64,000 bases of DNA, from contig OZ241883.1 in the NCBI GenBank assembly GCA_965203445.1, positions 864,001 to 928,000 on the forward strand. The letters are read 5' to 3'. The position numbers and the translations under genes are program-made. Shown here one piece after another: positions 48,601 through 57,858 of this stretch. Each line of letters starts with the position of its first letter. Position 1 is the first letter of the stretch. The notes beneath the pieces were generated by a model, which searched no databases, had not been told where the DNA came from, and was given only the letters and a program-made list of their open reading frames with translations. This stretch comes from Candidatus Oxydemutator sp. (GTDB lineage: Bacteria; Pseudomonadota; Gammaproteobacteria; Poriferisulfidales; Oxydemutatoraceae).

Positions 48601-49523
48601 AAGTGACGGAGGCTTTGTTGTGCCGGTGGAACCGGCAGCCGCTTGAGGATAAGCAGGATTTGTCTGACGATTTGCATGACATATTCACCGCCTTGTGCAA
48701 CCCTGACGTTAAAAATTTCTGGCATGGGCGTGTGCTTCTGGCAACGCGGGCTATTGCTCTTTTTCGCGTGGACCGCGAATGGACGACGGAACATTTATTG
48801 CCGCTGTTTGATTGGTACCGTCCTTCGGAAGCTTGCGCCGCATGGCAAGGATTCTTGTGGTCGCTGCATCTGGATCGCCCCTTGGACCGTCCCTTGATGA
48901 AGGCGATCAGGCCCCATTTTCTTGCCACCACGCAACATTATGACGAACTCGACAAATGGAGAGCACAGTACTCTGATTTTCTCGCTATCACGGCGCTTAG
49001 TCAGCCCGATATATTTGACGGAGGGGAGCTTGCGAAAGCGGCCGCTGCTTTACCACCTGAAGGGTTACATCAAACCGCATATACATTAGTACGGGAATTA
49101 GAAAGCGTAGATGAACCGCAGCGCGGTGATTATTGGGAAAACCGCATGCGGCCATGCCTGGAGGCTGCATGGCCGCAATCACGCCATCACGTGACTCCAG
49201 ATATTTCAAGATGCTTCGCCGAGCTATGCGTTGCCACACGCGATAAGTTTCGCAAGGCAATAGAAAAACTTGACTGGTGGCTGCAACGGTTGCCTTACCA
49301 AGGCAGTGCCGTGGGCAATTTGTACGAATATGAGCTTTGTAAAAAGTTTCCTGCTGAAGCCTTGCGTTTTCTGGATAAAACTGTTTCCGATGACTATCAA
49401 TCACTCGATGAGGTGCGTAATTGTCTCCAATCTATTCGCCAAGCCGATTCCGACTTGGCTACCGAACCTGCATTCCAACGCCTCGAAAACATCCTGCGCC
49501 GAGGCGGAATAGAACTCGACTGA
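45615..49523 (+). CDS. Defence-associated sirtuin, Dsr1-like (SIR2 NADase + long helical C-terminus)
   Basis: MQFIKNGPNVP...VVFFCGAGIS, TTNFD, YLHG, FIGYSLND; AINHPVG in C-terminal part. Confidence 0.85.
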   Translation: MQFIKNGPNVPDRLLHLHEKGSVVFFCGAGISHPAGLRGFKSLVEEVFERFPEYPDAEQDAAMKARRFDEAIWLLENEVVGGKKRVRQILAEILTLSSNESNATATHEALLRLGTNRDGRVRLVTTNFDRLFKKTIAEKSLDVKPFRAPLLPVLKSGWNGLVYLHGLLPEEPTSEKSTTEELYNLVVSSADFGRAYLTGGWAERFISELLHNYTICFIGYSLNDPMMRYIVNAWAEDRLSGESDKEIFAFVDYAKGKKSTRESEWKARQVTPILYRRYNKHFYLHRTLKKWADIYQDSNGKENIVLDYAKKNPSLSTSKDDFVGRILWALSDPGGLPAKCFAERERVPSLDWLDVLCDNRYGMEDLDRFGIARSPVHDAQRDPLQFSLLRRPVSSCDRGPRMALVGASADSVILDDVMRRLGDWLTRHLNNPELLLWVANHGGCLHSEFAEAVARRLDEIAELERNGKQDEIERTRTHAPDAIPSPGMRTYWRLAVTGHLSRQDLFLDFYFWRDQFQRDGLTPSIRIRLCEMLRPRISLGRVMTLSESDDGWLVPAPVQDEEEPAHCICPEIVLSASYGRHGVIRHGVIRHGIRRMSEGNQRWGKALPDLMEAMNMLLRETLDLMCELEKADDKSDRTYIQMPSISDHPQNKHYNEWTILITLCRDAWLAMAENNPDDARLVAERWWREPYPIFKRLALFAAAQDDVIPVELALDWLTAEKDGWWLWSPETKREAIRLLDALASRLEGSNLAKIEQAILQGPPRDMHEEATQEEHWNDIVGRSIWLRLAKLERAGAVLHEETQTRLKELAKQGHDCSFEPDQREEFPIWIEARERSLPIPQVAPRRRRELVQWLREDHKFDFVVRKDDWKWRCQKNFPTAACALCALAKEDVWPPDCWRAALFIWSQESPDGLTKRSWRYLAPVLAEAPDDLVQSVDRQISRWLESVAAVFDEHEELFTKLCARVLELSRQQGNGDDETDGVSNLTSKAINHPVGKVTEALLCRWNRQPLEDKQDLSDDLHDIFTALCNPDVKNFWHGRVLLATRAIALFRVDREWTTEHLLPLFDWYRPSEACAAWQGFLWSLHLDRPLDRPLMKAIRPHFLATTQHYDELDKWRAQYSDFLAITALSQPDIFDGGELAKAAAALPPEGLHQTAYTLVRELESVDEPQRGDYWENRMRPCLEAAWPQSRHHVTPDISRCFAELCVATRDKFRKAIEKLDWWLQRLPYQGSAVGNLYEYELCKKFPAEALRFLDKTVSDDYQSLDEVRNCLQSIRQADSDLATEPAFQRLENILRRGGIELD

Positions 49524-51691
49524 TGCAGTTCCGCATTGCCGACACCTTTACCGATAGTCTGGCGAAGCTGACCGGCGGCGAGCAGAAGGCGGCAAAGATC
49601 ACCGCGTTTGATTTGCAGCGGAACCCGGCCAGCCCGGGTTTGCGGTTTCATAAATTGAGCGGGGCGCGCGATCCGAACTTCTGGTCGGTGCGCGCGGGGC
49701 GCGATCTTCGGTTGATAGTGCACCGCACGCCGGACGGCCTGCTGCTGTGTTACGTCGGCCACCACGACAAGGCGTATCGGTGGGGTGAGCGCAGAAGGCT
49801 GGAAACCCATCCCCGCACCGGTGCCGCCCAGTTTGTCGAAATACGCGAGACCGTGCGCGAGACGGTGCACGAGACCGCCGCCGCGCAACCCGTCGAAGGC
49901 GCCCCGCCCGCACCGTCCGCACCGCCCACACAACCCACACCGCCCCAAAGAACCTTGTTCGCCGATATGGAGGACGAAAGCCTGCTCGCCTATGGCGTGC
50001 CTGAGGAATGGTTGGGCGAGGTTCGCGCGGCGAACGAGGACAGCCTGCTGGAGGTGGCCGAACATCTGCCGGCGGAGGCCGCGGAGGCGTTGCTGGAACT
50101 GGCGACCGGCGGGCGTCCCGAGCTTCCACGCGCGCCGGTTGCCGGCGCCGATCCGTTCGCGCATGCGGATGCCGGGCGGCGTTTCGGGGTCATCGAGAAT
50201 GCGGACGAACTGGCGCGGGCGCTCGAATATCCGTGGGAGAAGTGGACGGTTTTTCTGCATCCGGCGCAGCGTCGGATTGTCGAGTGGGACTACGACGGGC
50301 CGGCGCGCATTTCGGGTTCGGCGGGCACGGGCAAGACGATAGTGGCGCTGCACCGCGCGGCGTTTCTGGCGCGCCGCCACCCGGAGGCCCGGGTGCTGCT
50401 GACGACTTTTTCCGCGCCGCTGGCGGCCGCGCTGCAAACAAAACTGCGGCGGCTGATATGCAACGAGCCGCGCCTCGGCGAGCGTATCGAAGTCGGCGCC
50501 GTGGACGAGGTCGGGGAGCGTCTTTACAAAGCGCGCTTCAAGGCGCGCTTCGGCGCCCCGCGGATTGCGTCCCGCGAACACGTCCGGCGGCTGCTGGCGC
50601 AGGCGGGCCGCGACCTGGAGGGCCTCGCGTCGCGGCGGCGCTTTCTGCTGGAGGAATGGGAAGACATGGTGGACGCCCCGCAGATCGAGACCTGGGAAGC
50701 CTATCGGGACGTGCGCCGGGCGGGGCGCAGGATACGCCTGTCGGAACGCCAGCGCGCCGAACTGTGGCCCGTTTTTGCGAAGGTTCACGCGGGCTTGCGC
50801 GAGCAGGGCCTGATAACGCGCGCGGGGATGTTCCACCGGCTCGCGCGGGACATGGGCGGCACGGGCGACGTGGGCGACGTGGGCGAGCGGCGCGATCCGC
50901 CGTTCGATTTCATCATCGTGGATGAGGCGCAGGACGTAAGCGCCGCGCAGTTGCGGTTTCTGGCGGCGATGGGCGGGCGCCGGGCGAACGGCCTGTTCTT
51001 TACCGGCGATCTCGGTCAGCGGATCTTTCGGATGCCGTTCTCCTGGAAAGCGATGGGCGTCGACGTGCGCGGGCGCTCGCGGACGCTGCGCGTCAACTAC
51101 CGGACGTCGCACCAGATCAGGATGCGCGCGGATTGCCTGTTGGGTGCCGAAGTCGCCGACGCCGACGGCAACGTCGAGGATCGGCGCGGCACGGTATCCA
51201 CGTTCGGCGGGGAACCGCCGTTTGTCGGCGTGTTCGATACGCGAGGAGGCGAAACCGACGCGGTCACCGCCTGGCTGGAGAAGTGCGAACGGGACGGCAT
51301 GAAACCGCACGAGATCGGCGTTTTTGTCCGCTCGGGCGGGCAGATGACGCGGGCCGAGGAGGCCGTCCGCCAAGCGGGATTGTCGTTCAAGGCTTTGCGC
51401 GATGACGTCGAGATCGTCGCGGGACACGCCCTGATCGGCACGATGCATCTGGCCAAGGGGCTGGAGTTTCGCGCCGTCGCCGTGATGGCCTGCGACGAGG
51501 AGGTCATCCCGCTGCAACAGCGAATCGAGGCGGTGGCGGACGAGGCGGGTCTCGAAGAGGCGTACAACACCGAACGCCACCTGCTCTATGTAGCCTGCAC
51601 GCGCGCCAGAGACCGCCTGCTGGTGACGGGGGTCGCGCCAGCATCCGAGTTTCTGGACGACTTGCGGAACACGGGGGGAACCACAAGCTGA
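49523..51691 (+). CDS. UvrD/SF1 helicase with N-terminal RelE-like domain
   Basis: ATG overlaps upstream stop (TGATG); PGLRFHKL...WSVR...RLI RelE-like head; GSAGTGKT, VDEAQD, KGLEF, YVACTRAR. Confidence 0.85.
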   Translation: MQFRIADTFTDSLAKLTGGEQKAAKITAFDLQRNPASPGLRFHKLSGARDPNFWSVRAGRDLRLIVHRTPDGLLLCYVGHHDKAYRWGERRRLETHPRTGAAQFVEIRETVRETVHETAAAQPVEGAPPAPSAPPTQPTPPQRTLFADMEDESLLAYGVPEEWLGEVRAANEDSLLEVAEHLPAEAAEALLELATGGRPELPRAPVAGADPFAHADAGRRFGVIENADELARALEYPWEKWTVFLHPAQRRIVEWDYDGPARISGSAGTGKTIVALHRAAFLARRHPEARVLLTTFSAPLAAALQTKLRRLICNEPRLGERIEVGAVDEVGERLYKARFKARFGAPRIASREHVRRLLAQAGRDLEGLASRRRFLLEEWEDMVDAPQIETWEAYRDVRRAGRRIRLSERQRAELWPVFAKVHAGLREQGLITRAGMFHRLARDMGGTGDVGDVGERRDPPFDFIIVDEAQDVSAAQLRFLAAMGGRRANGLFFTGDLGQRIFRMPFSWKAMGVDVRGRSRTLRVNYRTSHQIRMRADCLLGAEVADADGNVEDRRGTVSTFGGEPPFVGVFDTRGGETDAVTAWLEKCERDGMKPHEIGVFVRSGGQMTRAEEAVRQAGLSFKALRDDVEIVAGHALIGTMHLAKGLEFRAVAVMACDEEVIPLQQRIEAVADEAGLEEAYNTERHLLYVACTRARDRLLVTGVAPASEFLDDLRNTGGTTS

Positions 51692-52230
51692 CCTTCTCCC
51701 GGAGGGGAAGGGTGGCCGCAGGCCGGGTGAGGGTGCTAAGTTATGCAACGGCCCTGAACGGCCCTCACCCCTGCCCCTCTCCCAGAGGGAGAGGGGTTTT
51801 GTCAGGGAGAAGGTAGCCGCAGGCCCCCCATCAAACCTTCTCCCTCTACAAAAGGACAGCCGCAGGCTCCCTATCAAACCCTCTCCCTCTGGGAGAGGGT
51901 GGCCGTAGGCCGGGTGAGGGTGCCAAGTTATGCAACGGCCCTCAACGGCCCTCACCCCTGCCCCTCTCCCAGAGGGAGAGGGGTTTTATCAGGGAGAAGG
52001 TAGCCGCAGGCCCCCCATCAAACCTTCTCCCTCTACAAAAGGACAGCCGCAGGCTCCCTATCAAACCCTCTCCCTCTGGGAGAGGGTGGCCGTAGGCCGG
52101 GTGAGGGTGCCAAGTTATGCAACGGCCCTCAACGGCCCTCACCCCTGCCCCTCTCCCAGAGGGAGAGGGGTTTTGTCAGGGAGAAGGTAGCCGCAGGCCC
52201 CCCATCAAACCCTCTCCCTCTGGAAGAGGG
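51692..52230. repeat. Tandem array of 187-bp BoxC-like palindromic units (~2.9 copies)
   Basis: GGTGGCCG anchors at 51711, 51898, 52085; hairpins CCCTCTCCC-AGA/TCT-GGGAGAGGG. Confidence 0.85.
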
Positions 52231-52237
52231 AAAGTGG

Positions 52238-52531
52238 TTACCTCCAGTGCCGTTCTATGGCCTGGCGGTAACTTTCTCTGGCTTGTCGCACCCTTGCCTG
52301 CTCTTCCAGCCGGCGCGCGTGCCGGTTCGCCTTCCTGATCAGCCTGTTCTGTTCCTCCAGCAATCTGTTCTGGCGTCGGGCTTCATGCAGCGTCTGGCGC
52401 TGCTCCCAACGCGCGCTTCCATACGAGACCCTGTCGTCGTCGCAGGCCTCGGCCACGCCGACAAATGCCGGCAACGCGACGAGGATAAGTCCCAGGCAAA
52501 TCCCACCCATCAGATAATTGTCTCTCATCAT
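52238..52531 (-). CDS. Small secreted coiled-coil hypothetical protein (97 aa)
   Basis: AAGGAGGAG RBS; signal-like LMGGICLGLILVALPAFVGVAEA. Confidence 0.6.
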   Translation of the reverse strand: MMRDNYLMGGICLGLILVALPAFVGVAEACDDDRVSYGSARWEQRQTLHEARRQNRLLEEQNRLIRKANRHARRLEEQARVRQARESYRQAIERHWR

Positions 52532-52704
52532 TGGTTCTCCTCCTTTGTTCGTTCGGGAAACGCGATCACATCTTCCGTTTCCTCGATCTGCTTCCTGAGT
52601 GCCCGTCTTTCCAACTCCCTCTTCTTGACCCCTGTCCGGATTCGGCACCTGGCAATCTCGATGGGGGCTATTGTATATAATTTCCTGAAATCCGCCGACT
52701 TCCA

Positions 52705-53172
52705 AAAGCAAGGGAACGCCCCACGGACGTTCCCGAATTATGCTACTCTATGGTTTATGGAGAGCAGGCCTTCAGGAATTGGGCTTTCGAGCGCGGGGGC
52801 GGTATTGGCCCAGGTCGCCCGTGGCGCCATGCGAATGCGTGCTTCCCTTTTTATTACTAACTCAGAATGAAAGAGGTTCGAGATGTCAGTCAAAAGAAAC
52901 ACTTATAAATACTACCTGAAAAAAGGTAATAGAATTGTACACGTCGGCATCACCAATAACCTGGAACGACGTGAAGCAGAGCATCAGCAAGGGCAAGCTG
53001 GCATACATATATATAAGGTAGGCAATCGTACTACTCGTCTGGCAGCTTTGGAATGGGAAGAGGAGCAAAGAAAAAAAGGCAAGCCGACGGGGCCTTAGGC
53101 CAAAAATCAGGGCAGAGTGTAGCAGCGCGCCATACTGCGCTTGTACACATCCCGAACCACCGAATGCCCGCA
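52705..53172 (+). repeat. ~468-bp direct repeat copy 1 (non-coding leader + mini GIY-YIG + 3' hairpin)
   Basis: Colinear with 54668-55135; last 56 bp identical. Confidence 0.9.
52883..53098 (+). CDS. Minimal GIY-YIG nuclease-domain protein, copy 1
   Basis: YKY...HVGITNNLERREAEH...ALEWE; RBS GAAAGAGG. Confidence 0.8.
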   Translation: MSVKRNTYKYYLKKGNRIVHVGITNNLERREAEHQQGQAGIHIYKVGNRTTRLAALEWEEEQRKKGKPTGP

Positions 53173-53350
53173 TACCGGTCGCCGGGACAAACCCGTCATC
53201 ATGGCAGGGTACCTGATTATGGGGGATAAATCGGCGCTTCTCGCGCATGTAAGAAACCAGCCGATATATTGCCAGCGTATTCAATAAAGCTGGAATTGCA
53301 AAATCAGGCCCCGCGCAAACCAAGGTTGTGCATTAAAAACAAATAAAACA

Positions 53351-54643
53351 ATGAGCCAACCAGCAAAACTGTTCATTACTTATGCCCATAAGGACAAAGC
53401 GGAAAAAGACGCCTTGATCGAGTGCCTTGCGGTGATGCGACAAAGAAGGGAGATAGAAATCTGGCACGACAACGAAATTCTCCCGGGCGACCAATGGAAG
53501 GAAAAAATTTCCCGTCGTCTTGCCGGTTCGGATATTCTCCTCTATCTCACCTCTCGGGCCAGCCTTGCCTCCGAAAACTGCAACAAAGAACTGTCTGAAG
53601 CATGGGAAATCAAAGAAAGGATACGCACGATTCCGATCATCCTTGAAGAATGCGACTGGGAGCGACATCCGATCAGTGAATTCGAGGCGCTGCCCCGCAA
53701 GGGCAAGCCCGTTAACAAATGGCAACATGAGGCTGAAGGTTGGCAAAATGTAGTCGAGGGCATACGCAAAATTGTCCGGGAAACTCGCCCGCGAACCGAA
53801 GAAGATCAAGATGAATCGCCGGCCCGCCTGATGCTGGAAACAGGCAATTTTTTCAGGATGCTGAGGCGATCAGGAGACGCAATAGACGTTTATTCGCAAG
53901 CCATCAAAATCGAACCGGATTATGCCGAGGCTTATAACAATCGCGGCATTGCTTACGATGACACAGGCGACTACGACCAAGCCATCCGAGACTACAGCAA
54001 AGCTATTGAACTCAAGCCGGATTATGCCGAGGCTTATAACAATCGCGGCATTGCTTACGATGACATGGGCGACTATGACCAAGCCATCCGAGACTACAGC
54101 AAAGCTATCGAACTCAAGCCGGAGCATATCGAAATCCATAACAATCGCGGCATTGCTTACAACAACAAGGGCGATTATGAAGAAGCCGTTCGAGACTTCA
54201 ACCAAGCCATTGAACTCAAGCCTGATTATGTCGAGGCCTATAACAATCGCGGCAATGCTTACGTTGAAAAAGGCGACTATGACCAGGCACTCCATAACTT
54301 CAACGTGGCGATTACACTGAAGCCGGATTATGCGGATATTTATAACAATCGCGGCAGTGTTTACGTTGACCAAGGCAAATTTGACCAAGCCATCCGAGAC
54401 TACGGCAAAGCCATTGCGCTGAGCTCGAATCTCGTCGAACCGTATCCCTATTTCAACCGCGGCATGGCTTGGTTGTACAAGCAGGCATGGGATAAAGCCA
54501 AGGCAGATTTGAAAGCCGCCGAGCAGAAGGGCGCAAGCGTTGTCGAGCTGTTTGCTAACGACTTCGACAGCGTCTCAACTTTTGAACGGGAATACCAGCT
54601 TCGACTACCGGATGACATCAGAGATATGTTGACTGTGGTCTGA
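53351..54643 (+). CDS. TIR domain-TPR repeat protein
   Basis: LFITYAHKD, WHDNEILPG, SENCNKEL (catalytic Glu position); about six 34-aa TPRs (AEAYNNRGIAY). Confidence 0.9.
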   Translation: MSQPAKLFITYAHKDKAEKDALIECLAVMRQRREIEIWHDNEILPGDQWKEKISRRLAGSDILLYLTSRASLASENCNKELSEAWEIKERIRTIPIILEECDWERHPISEFEALPRKGKPVNKWQHEAEGWQNVVEGIRKIVRETRPRTEEDQDESPARLMLETGNFFRMLRRSGDAIDVYSQAIKIEPDYAEAYNNRGIAYDDTGDYDQAIRDYSKAIELKPDYAEAYNNRGIAYDDMGDYDQAIRDYSKAIELKPEHIEIHNNRGIAYNNKGDYEEAVRDFNQAIELKPDYVEAYNNRGNAYVEKGDYDQALHNFNVAITLKPDYADIYNNRGSVYVDQGKFDQAIRDYGKAIALSSNLVEPYPYFNRGMAWLYKQAWDKAKADLKAAEQKGASVVELFANDFDSVSTFEREYQLRLPDDIRDMLTVV

Positions 54644-54667
54644 TGCAGGGGGCGGAAGAGGGGAAAT

Positions 54668-55135
54668 AAAGCAAGAGAACGCCCCCACGAGCGTTCCCGA
54701 ATTATGCTACTTTATGGTTTATGGAAAGCAGGTCTTCAGGAATAGGGCTTCCGAGCGCGGGGCCGGTATTGGCGCGGGGCGCCCGTGGCGCCATGCGAAT
54801 GCGTGCCGCCCTGTTTGTTACTAACTCAGAATGAAAGAGGTTCGATATGTCAGTCAAAAGAAACACTTATAAATATTACCTGAAAAAAGGCAATAGAATT
54901 GTGTACGTCGGCATTACCAATAATCTGAAACGACGTGACGCGGAGCACCGGCAGGGGCGGGGCGGCATACATATATATAAGGCGGGCCATCGCAGCAATC
55001 GTCTGGACGCTTTGAAGTGGGAAGCGGAGCAAAGAAAAAAAAGGGAGGCGACAGAGCCTTAGACCAAAATGGGGGCAGGGTGTAGCAGCGCGCCATACTG
55101 CGCTTGTACACATCCCGAACCACCGAATGCCCGCA
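54668..55135 (+). repeat. ~468-bp direct repeat copy 2
   Basis: Colinear with 52705-53172. Confidence 0.9.
54847..55062 (+). CDS. Minimal GIY-YIG nuclease-domain protein, copy 2
   Basis: YKY...YVGITNNLKRRDAEH...ALKWE; 54/71 aa identical to copy 1. Confidence 0.8.
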   Translation: MSVKRNTYKYYLKKGNRIVYVGITNNLKRRDAEHRQGRGGIHIYKAGHRSNRLDALKWEAEQRKKREATEP

Positions 55136-55233
55136 CCAGAGTTTGGGGAACATCACCCCGTGCGAAGCCATCGAGAAGCAATTTTCTCATTTTTCCAGAA
55201 TGTGTTGGCCCCATATTTTCCTCATACATTGCA

Positions 55234-55262
55234 TTGCAAACTGTAATGTTATATGTTACACT
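55234..55262 (+). promoter_or_regulatory. higBA promoter with overlapping operator palindrome
   Basis: TTGCAA-N17-TACACT; inverted repeat TGTAA-N9-TTACA (55242-55260). Confidence 0.6.
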
Positions 55263-55271
55263 TCGTAAACC

Positions 55272-55550
55272 ATGATCAAAAGCTTTTCGCACAAAGGAAT
55301 CAGAAACTTTTTCAGGACGGGTACAACTTCCGGCATTCAGACAAATCACGCCGCAAGGATCCGACTGATACTGACCAATCTGGATGTGGCGGAAAAGCCT
55401 GAAGACATGGATTTACCCGGCTTGGCTTTGCACCCATTGACAGGCGGACGAAAGACCTTCTGGGCAGTGAAAGTCAGCCGAAATTGGCGCATCACGTTTC
55501 GTTTCGATGAGCATGATGCTGAACTGATAGACTATGTGGATTACCACTGA
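55272..55550 (+). CDS. higB: HigB/RelE-family toxin
   Basis: MIKSFSHKG...LHPLTG...WAVKVSRNWRITFRF...DYH; toxin-first order. Confidence 0.9.
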   Translation: MIKSFSHKGIRNFFRTGTTSGIQTNHAARIRLILTNLDVAEKPEDMDLPGLALHPLTGGRKTFWAVKVSRNWRITFRFDEHDAELIDYVDYH

Positions 55551-55561
55551 GGCGACAAACC

Positions 55562-55855
55562 ATGCGTATGTACAATCCGGCCCACCCGGGCGAGATCATA
55601 AGAGAACTGGTCATCACGCCGTTGGGCTTGACAATCAGTGAGACGGCCGACGCTCTTGGCGTAAGTCGCAATACGCTGCACCGGATACTGAAAGGCGACG
55701 GCGCCATCACGGCGGAGATGGCGATGCGCCTGGAAACGGTCTTTGGCAAGCCGGACGCTGCCCATTGGCTGCGGCTGCAAAACGCCTACGATCTCTGGCG
55801 CGTGGCACGCAAGGCCAAAAGCCTGGGCGCCCGTCCCATCGAACACGCCGCATGA
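55562..55855 (+). CDS. higA: HigA antitoxin (HTH)
   Basis: PAHPGEII...ALGVSRNTL...ITAEMAMRL...WLRLQNAYDL. Confidence 0.9.
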   Translation: MRMYNPAHPGEIIRELVITPLGLTISETADALGVSRNTLHRILKGDGAITAEMAMRLETVFGKPDAAHWLRLQNAYDLWRVARKAKSLGARPIEHAA

Positions 55856-55909
55856 AGAACTGCAAAAACCCGTAAAGCTCATGCCGGGCGGCGGCGCGTT
55901 CGGGTTTTG

Positions 55910-56719
55910 TCACATCGTCGCGCGCGCGACGACCCAGACTTCTATGTACCCGACGCCGGCGCGCGCGAGCAGTTTGGCGATTTCGGCGGCGGTGGCGCCG
56001 GTCGTCATCACGTCGTCCACGATGGCGACGCCGGTAGCGGCGGTCTTGCCGGCGCGCGGGGGCCGGCGCAGGCGGAACGCGCCTTGCAGGTTGCGGCGAC
56101 GATGTTGCGCATCGAGCGCGGTTTGCGGTTCCGTGTGGCGCGACTTCTCAAGACAGGCCGCATCCAGAGACAACCCCAGTTCCGTCGCCAGCACGCGCGC
56201 GATCTCAAGCGATTGATTGAAACCGCGTCGGCGCAGACGTTCCCGGTGCAGCGGCACCGGCACTATGCAATCCGGCGCGCCGGGCGGCACGCCGGTCAAC
56301 ACGTCGGGCGGCGCACCGCCACGCGCGCGGACGTGGCGTGCCAGCAGTTTGCCAAGCGTCAGCGCGTGTTCGAGGCGAAGGCCGTATTTGAACTCGCGCA
56401 CCAGGCGGTCGGCAGGGGGCGCGTAACGACACGGCGCCAGCGTCCGGTCGTAGGGCGGCGGCTTGCGCAGACACCGGGCGCACGTCCTGACCGCCGCGTC
56501 CGGCGGCGACGTCAGAGGCTCGCAGCAGATGCGGCAGTGCGTCGCCAACGCGGGCAGTTCGCCGAAACAGTGATCGCAGAGGCCGCCGTCGGTCTCGACA
56601 ACGCAACACAGCGGGCAGCGATACGGAAACAGGCGGCGCGTCGGCAGCGCCGCCGGCAGCGTCGGCAGCAAACCCGTCAACGAATGCACGAAGCGCCTCT
56701 TCAGCGCACGAGTTGACAC
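55910..56719 (-). CDS. comF: ComF family double zinc-ribbon/phosphoribosyltransferase protein
   Basis: CxxC pairs, PVPLH...[17 protein letters not shown]; start uncertain. Confidence 0.88.
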   Translation of the reverse strand: MSTRALKRRFVHSLTGLLPTLPAALPTRRLFPYRCPLCCVVETDGGLCDHCFGELPALATHCRICCEPLTSPPDAAVRTCARCLRKPPPYDRTLAPCRYAPPADRLVREFKYGLRLEHALTLGKLLARHVRARGGAPPDVLTGVPPGAPDCIVPVPLHRERLRRRGFNQSLEIARVLATELGLSLDAACLEKSRHTEPQTALDAQHRRRNLQGAFRLRRPPRAGKTAATGVAIVDDVMTTGATAAEIAKLLARAGVGYIEVWVVARATM

Positions 56720-56763
56720 GCTCCCCGCTCCTTATAGACTGCCCCGAAACCCTCGCGCGGACG

Positions 56764-57843
56764 ATGAACGATCAAACGAACGGCCAGGCGACCGGCCCGA
56801 CAAACGACCCGACAAACGACTTGGCAAACAACTTGGCGAACAACCCGGCAAACGGCCCGACAAACGGTTCTGCAAATGGCCGAAGCGGGGCCGTGCGCCA
56901 CGACTGGCGCAAACGGGAAATCCTGCACCTGCTCGGCATGGCGTTCAACGACCTGCTGTCGCAGGCGCACCGGGTTCACCGCGCGTTTCACGATCCGAAC
57001 CGGGTACAGATCAGCACCCTGGTGTCGCTGAAGACCGGCGCCTGCCCCGAGGACTGCGCCTACTGCCCGCAAAGTGCGCGCTACCAGACACAGGTGACGC
57101 CCGAACGCCTGCTGCCGCCCGAACGGGTGCTCGAGGCGGCGCGGCGCGCGCGCGAGCAGGGCGCCGACCGCTTCTGCATGGGCGCGGCGTGGCGCTCGCC
57201 GCGCGCCAAGGACCTCGAGCGGGTGGCGGAGATGATCGAGGGCGTCAAGGCGCTGGGGCTTGAGACCTGCGCCACGCTCGGCATGTTGAGCGAGGAGCAG
57301 GCGCGGCGGCTGGCGGACGCCGGCCTCGACTATTACAACCACAACCTCGACACGTCGCCGGAGTTTTACGGGCGCATCATCACGACGCGCGTATATCAGG
57401 AGCGTCTCGACACGCTCGACAACGTGCGCAAGGCCGGCGTCAAGGTCTGTTGCGGCGGCATCCTCGGCATGGGCGAGACGCGCGCCGACCGCGCCGGCCT
57501 GCTGCAACAGCTTGCGAACCTGCCGCGACACCCGGAGTCGGTGCCGATCAACCGCCTGGTGCAGGTCGAGGGCACGCCGCTCTACGGCACCGACGCGCTC
57601 GATGCGCTCGAGTTCGTGCGCACGGTGGCCGCGGCGCGCGTGCTGATGCCGCGCGCCTGGGTGCGGCTGTCGGCGGGACGCGAGGAGATGTCCGACGAGA
57701 TGCAGGCGCTGTGTTTCTTCGCCGGCGCCAATTCGATCTTCTACGGCGAAAAACTGCTGACGACGCCGAACCCGGATACGCACGAAGACCGCCGGCTGTT
57801 CGAGCGGCTCGGTCTGCAAGCGGTCGCGGCGCGGCGCAGCTGA
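56764..57843 (+). CDS. bioB: Biotin synthase
   Basis: [31 protein letters not shown]; low-complexity N-terminal extension; start uncertain. Confidence 0.96.
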   Translation: MNDQTNGQATGPTNDPTNDLANNLANNPANGPTNGSANGRSGAVRHDWRKREILHLLGMAFNDLLSQAHRVHRAFHDPNRVQISTLVSLKTGACPEDCAYCPQSARYQTQVTPERLLPPERVLEAARRAREQGADRFCMGAAWRSPRAKDLERVAEMIEGVKALGLETCATLGMLSEEQARRLADAGLDYYNHNLDTSPEFYGRIITTRVYQERLDTLDNVRKAGVKVCCGGILGMGETRADRAGLLQQLANLPRHPESVPINRLVQVEGTPLYGTDALDALEFVRTVAAARVLMPRAWVRLSAGREEMSDEMQALCFFAGANSIFYGEKLLTTPNPDTHEDRRLFERLGLQAVAARRS

Positions 57844-57858
57844 GCGACGCGCGCGGAC

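Noticed and set aside
40352-51955. Long minus-strand ORFs opposite res, mod and the helicase
   Set aside because: Antisense shadows typical of high-GC genes; no motifs.
51692-52230. CRISPR array
   Set aside because: Units are 187 bp with repeated rather than unique spacers, and there are no cas genes.
51930-52338. Small ORFs with PLPEGEG motifs
   Set aside because: Translations of the palindromic repeat.
52705-55900. Integron cassette array
   Set aside because: No RYYYAAC...GTTRRRY attC boxes in the repeats and no integron integrase in the window.
56690-56765. BirA operator between comF and bioB
   Set aside because: No convincing TGTAAAC-N-GTTTACA-type palindrome visible.
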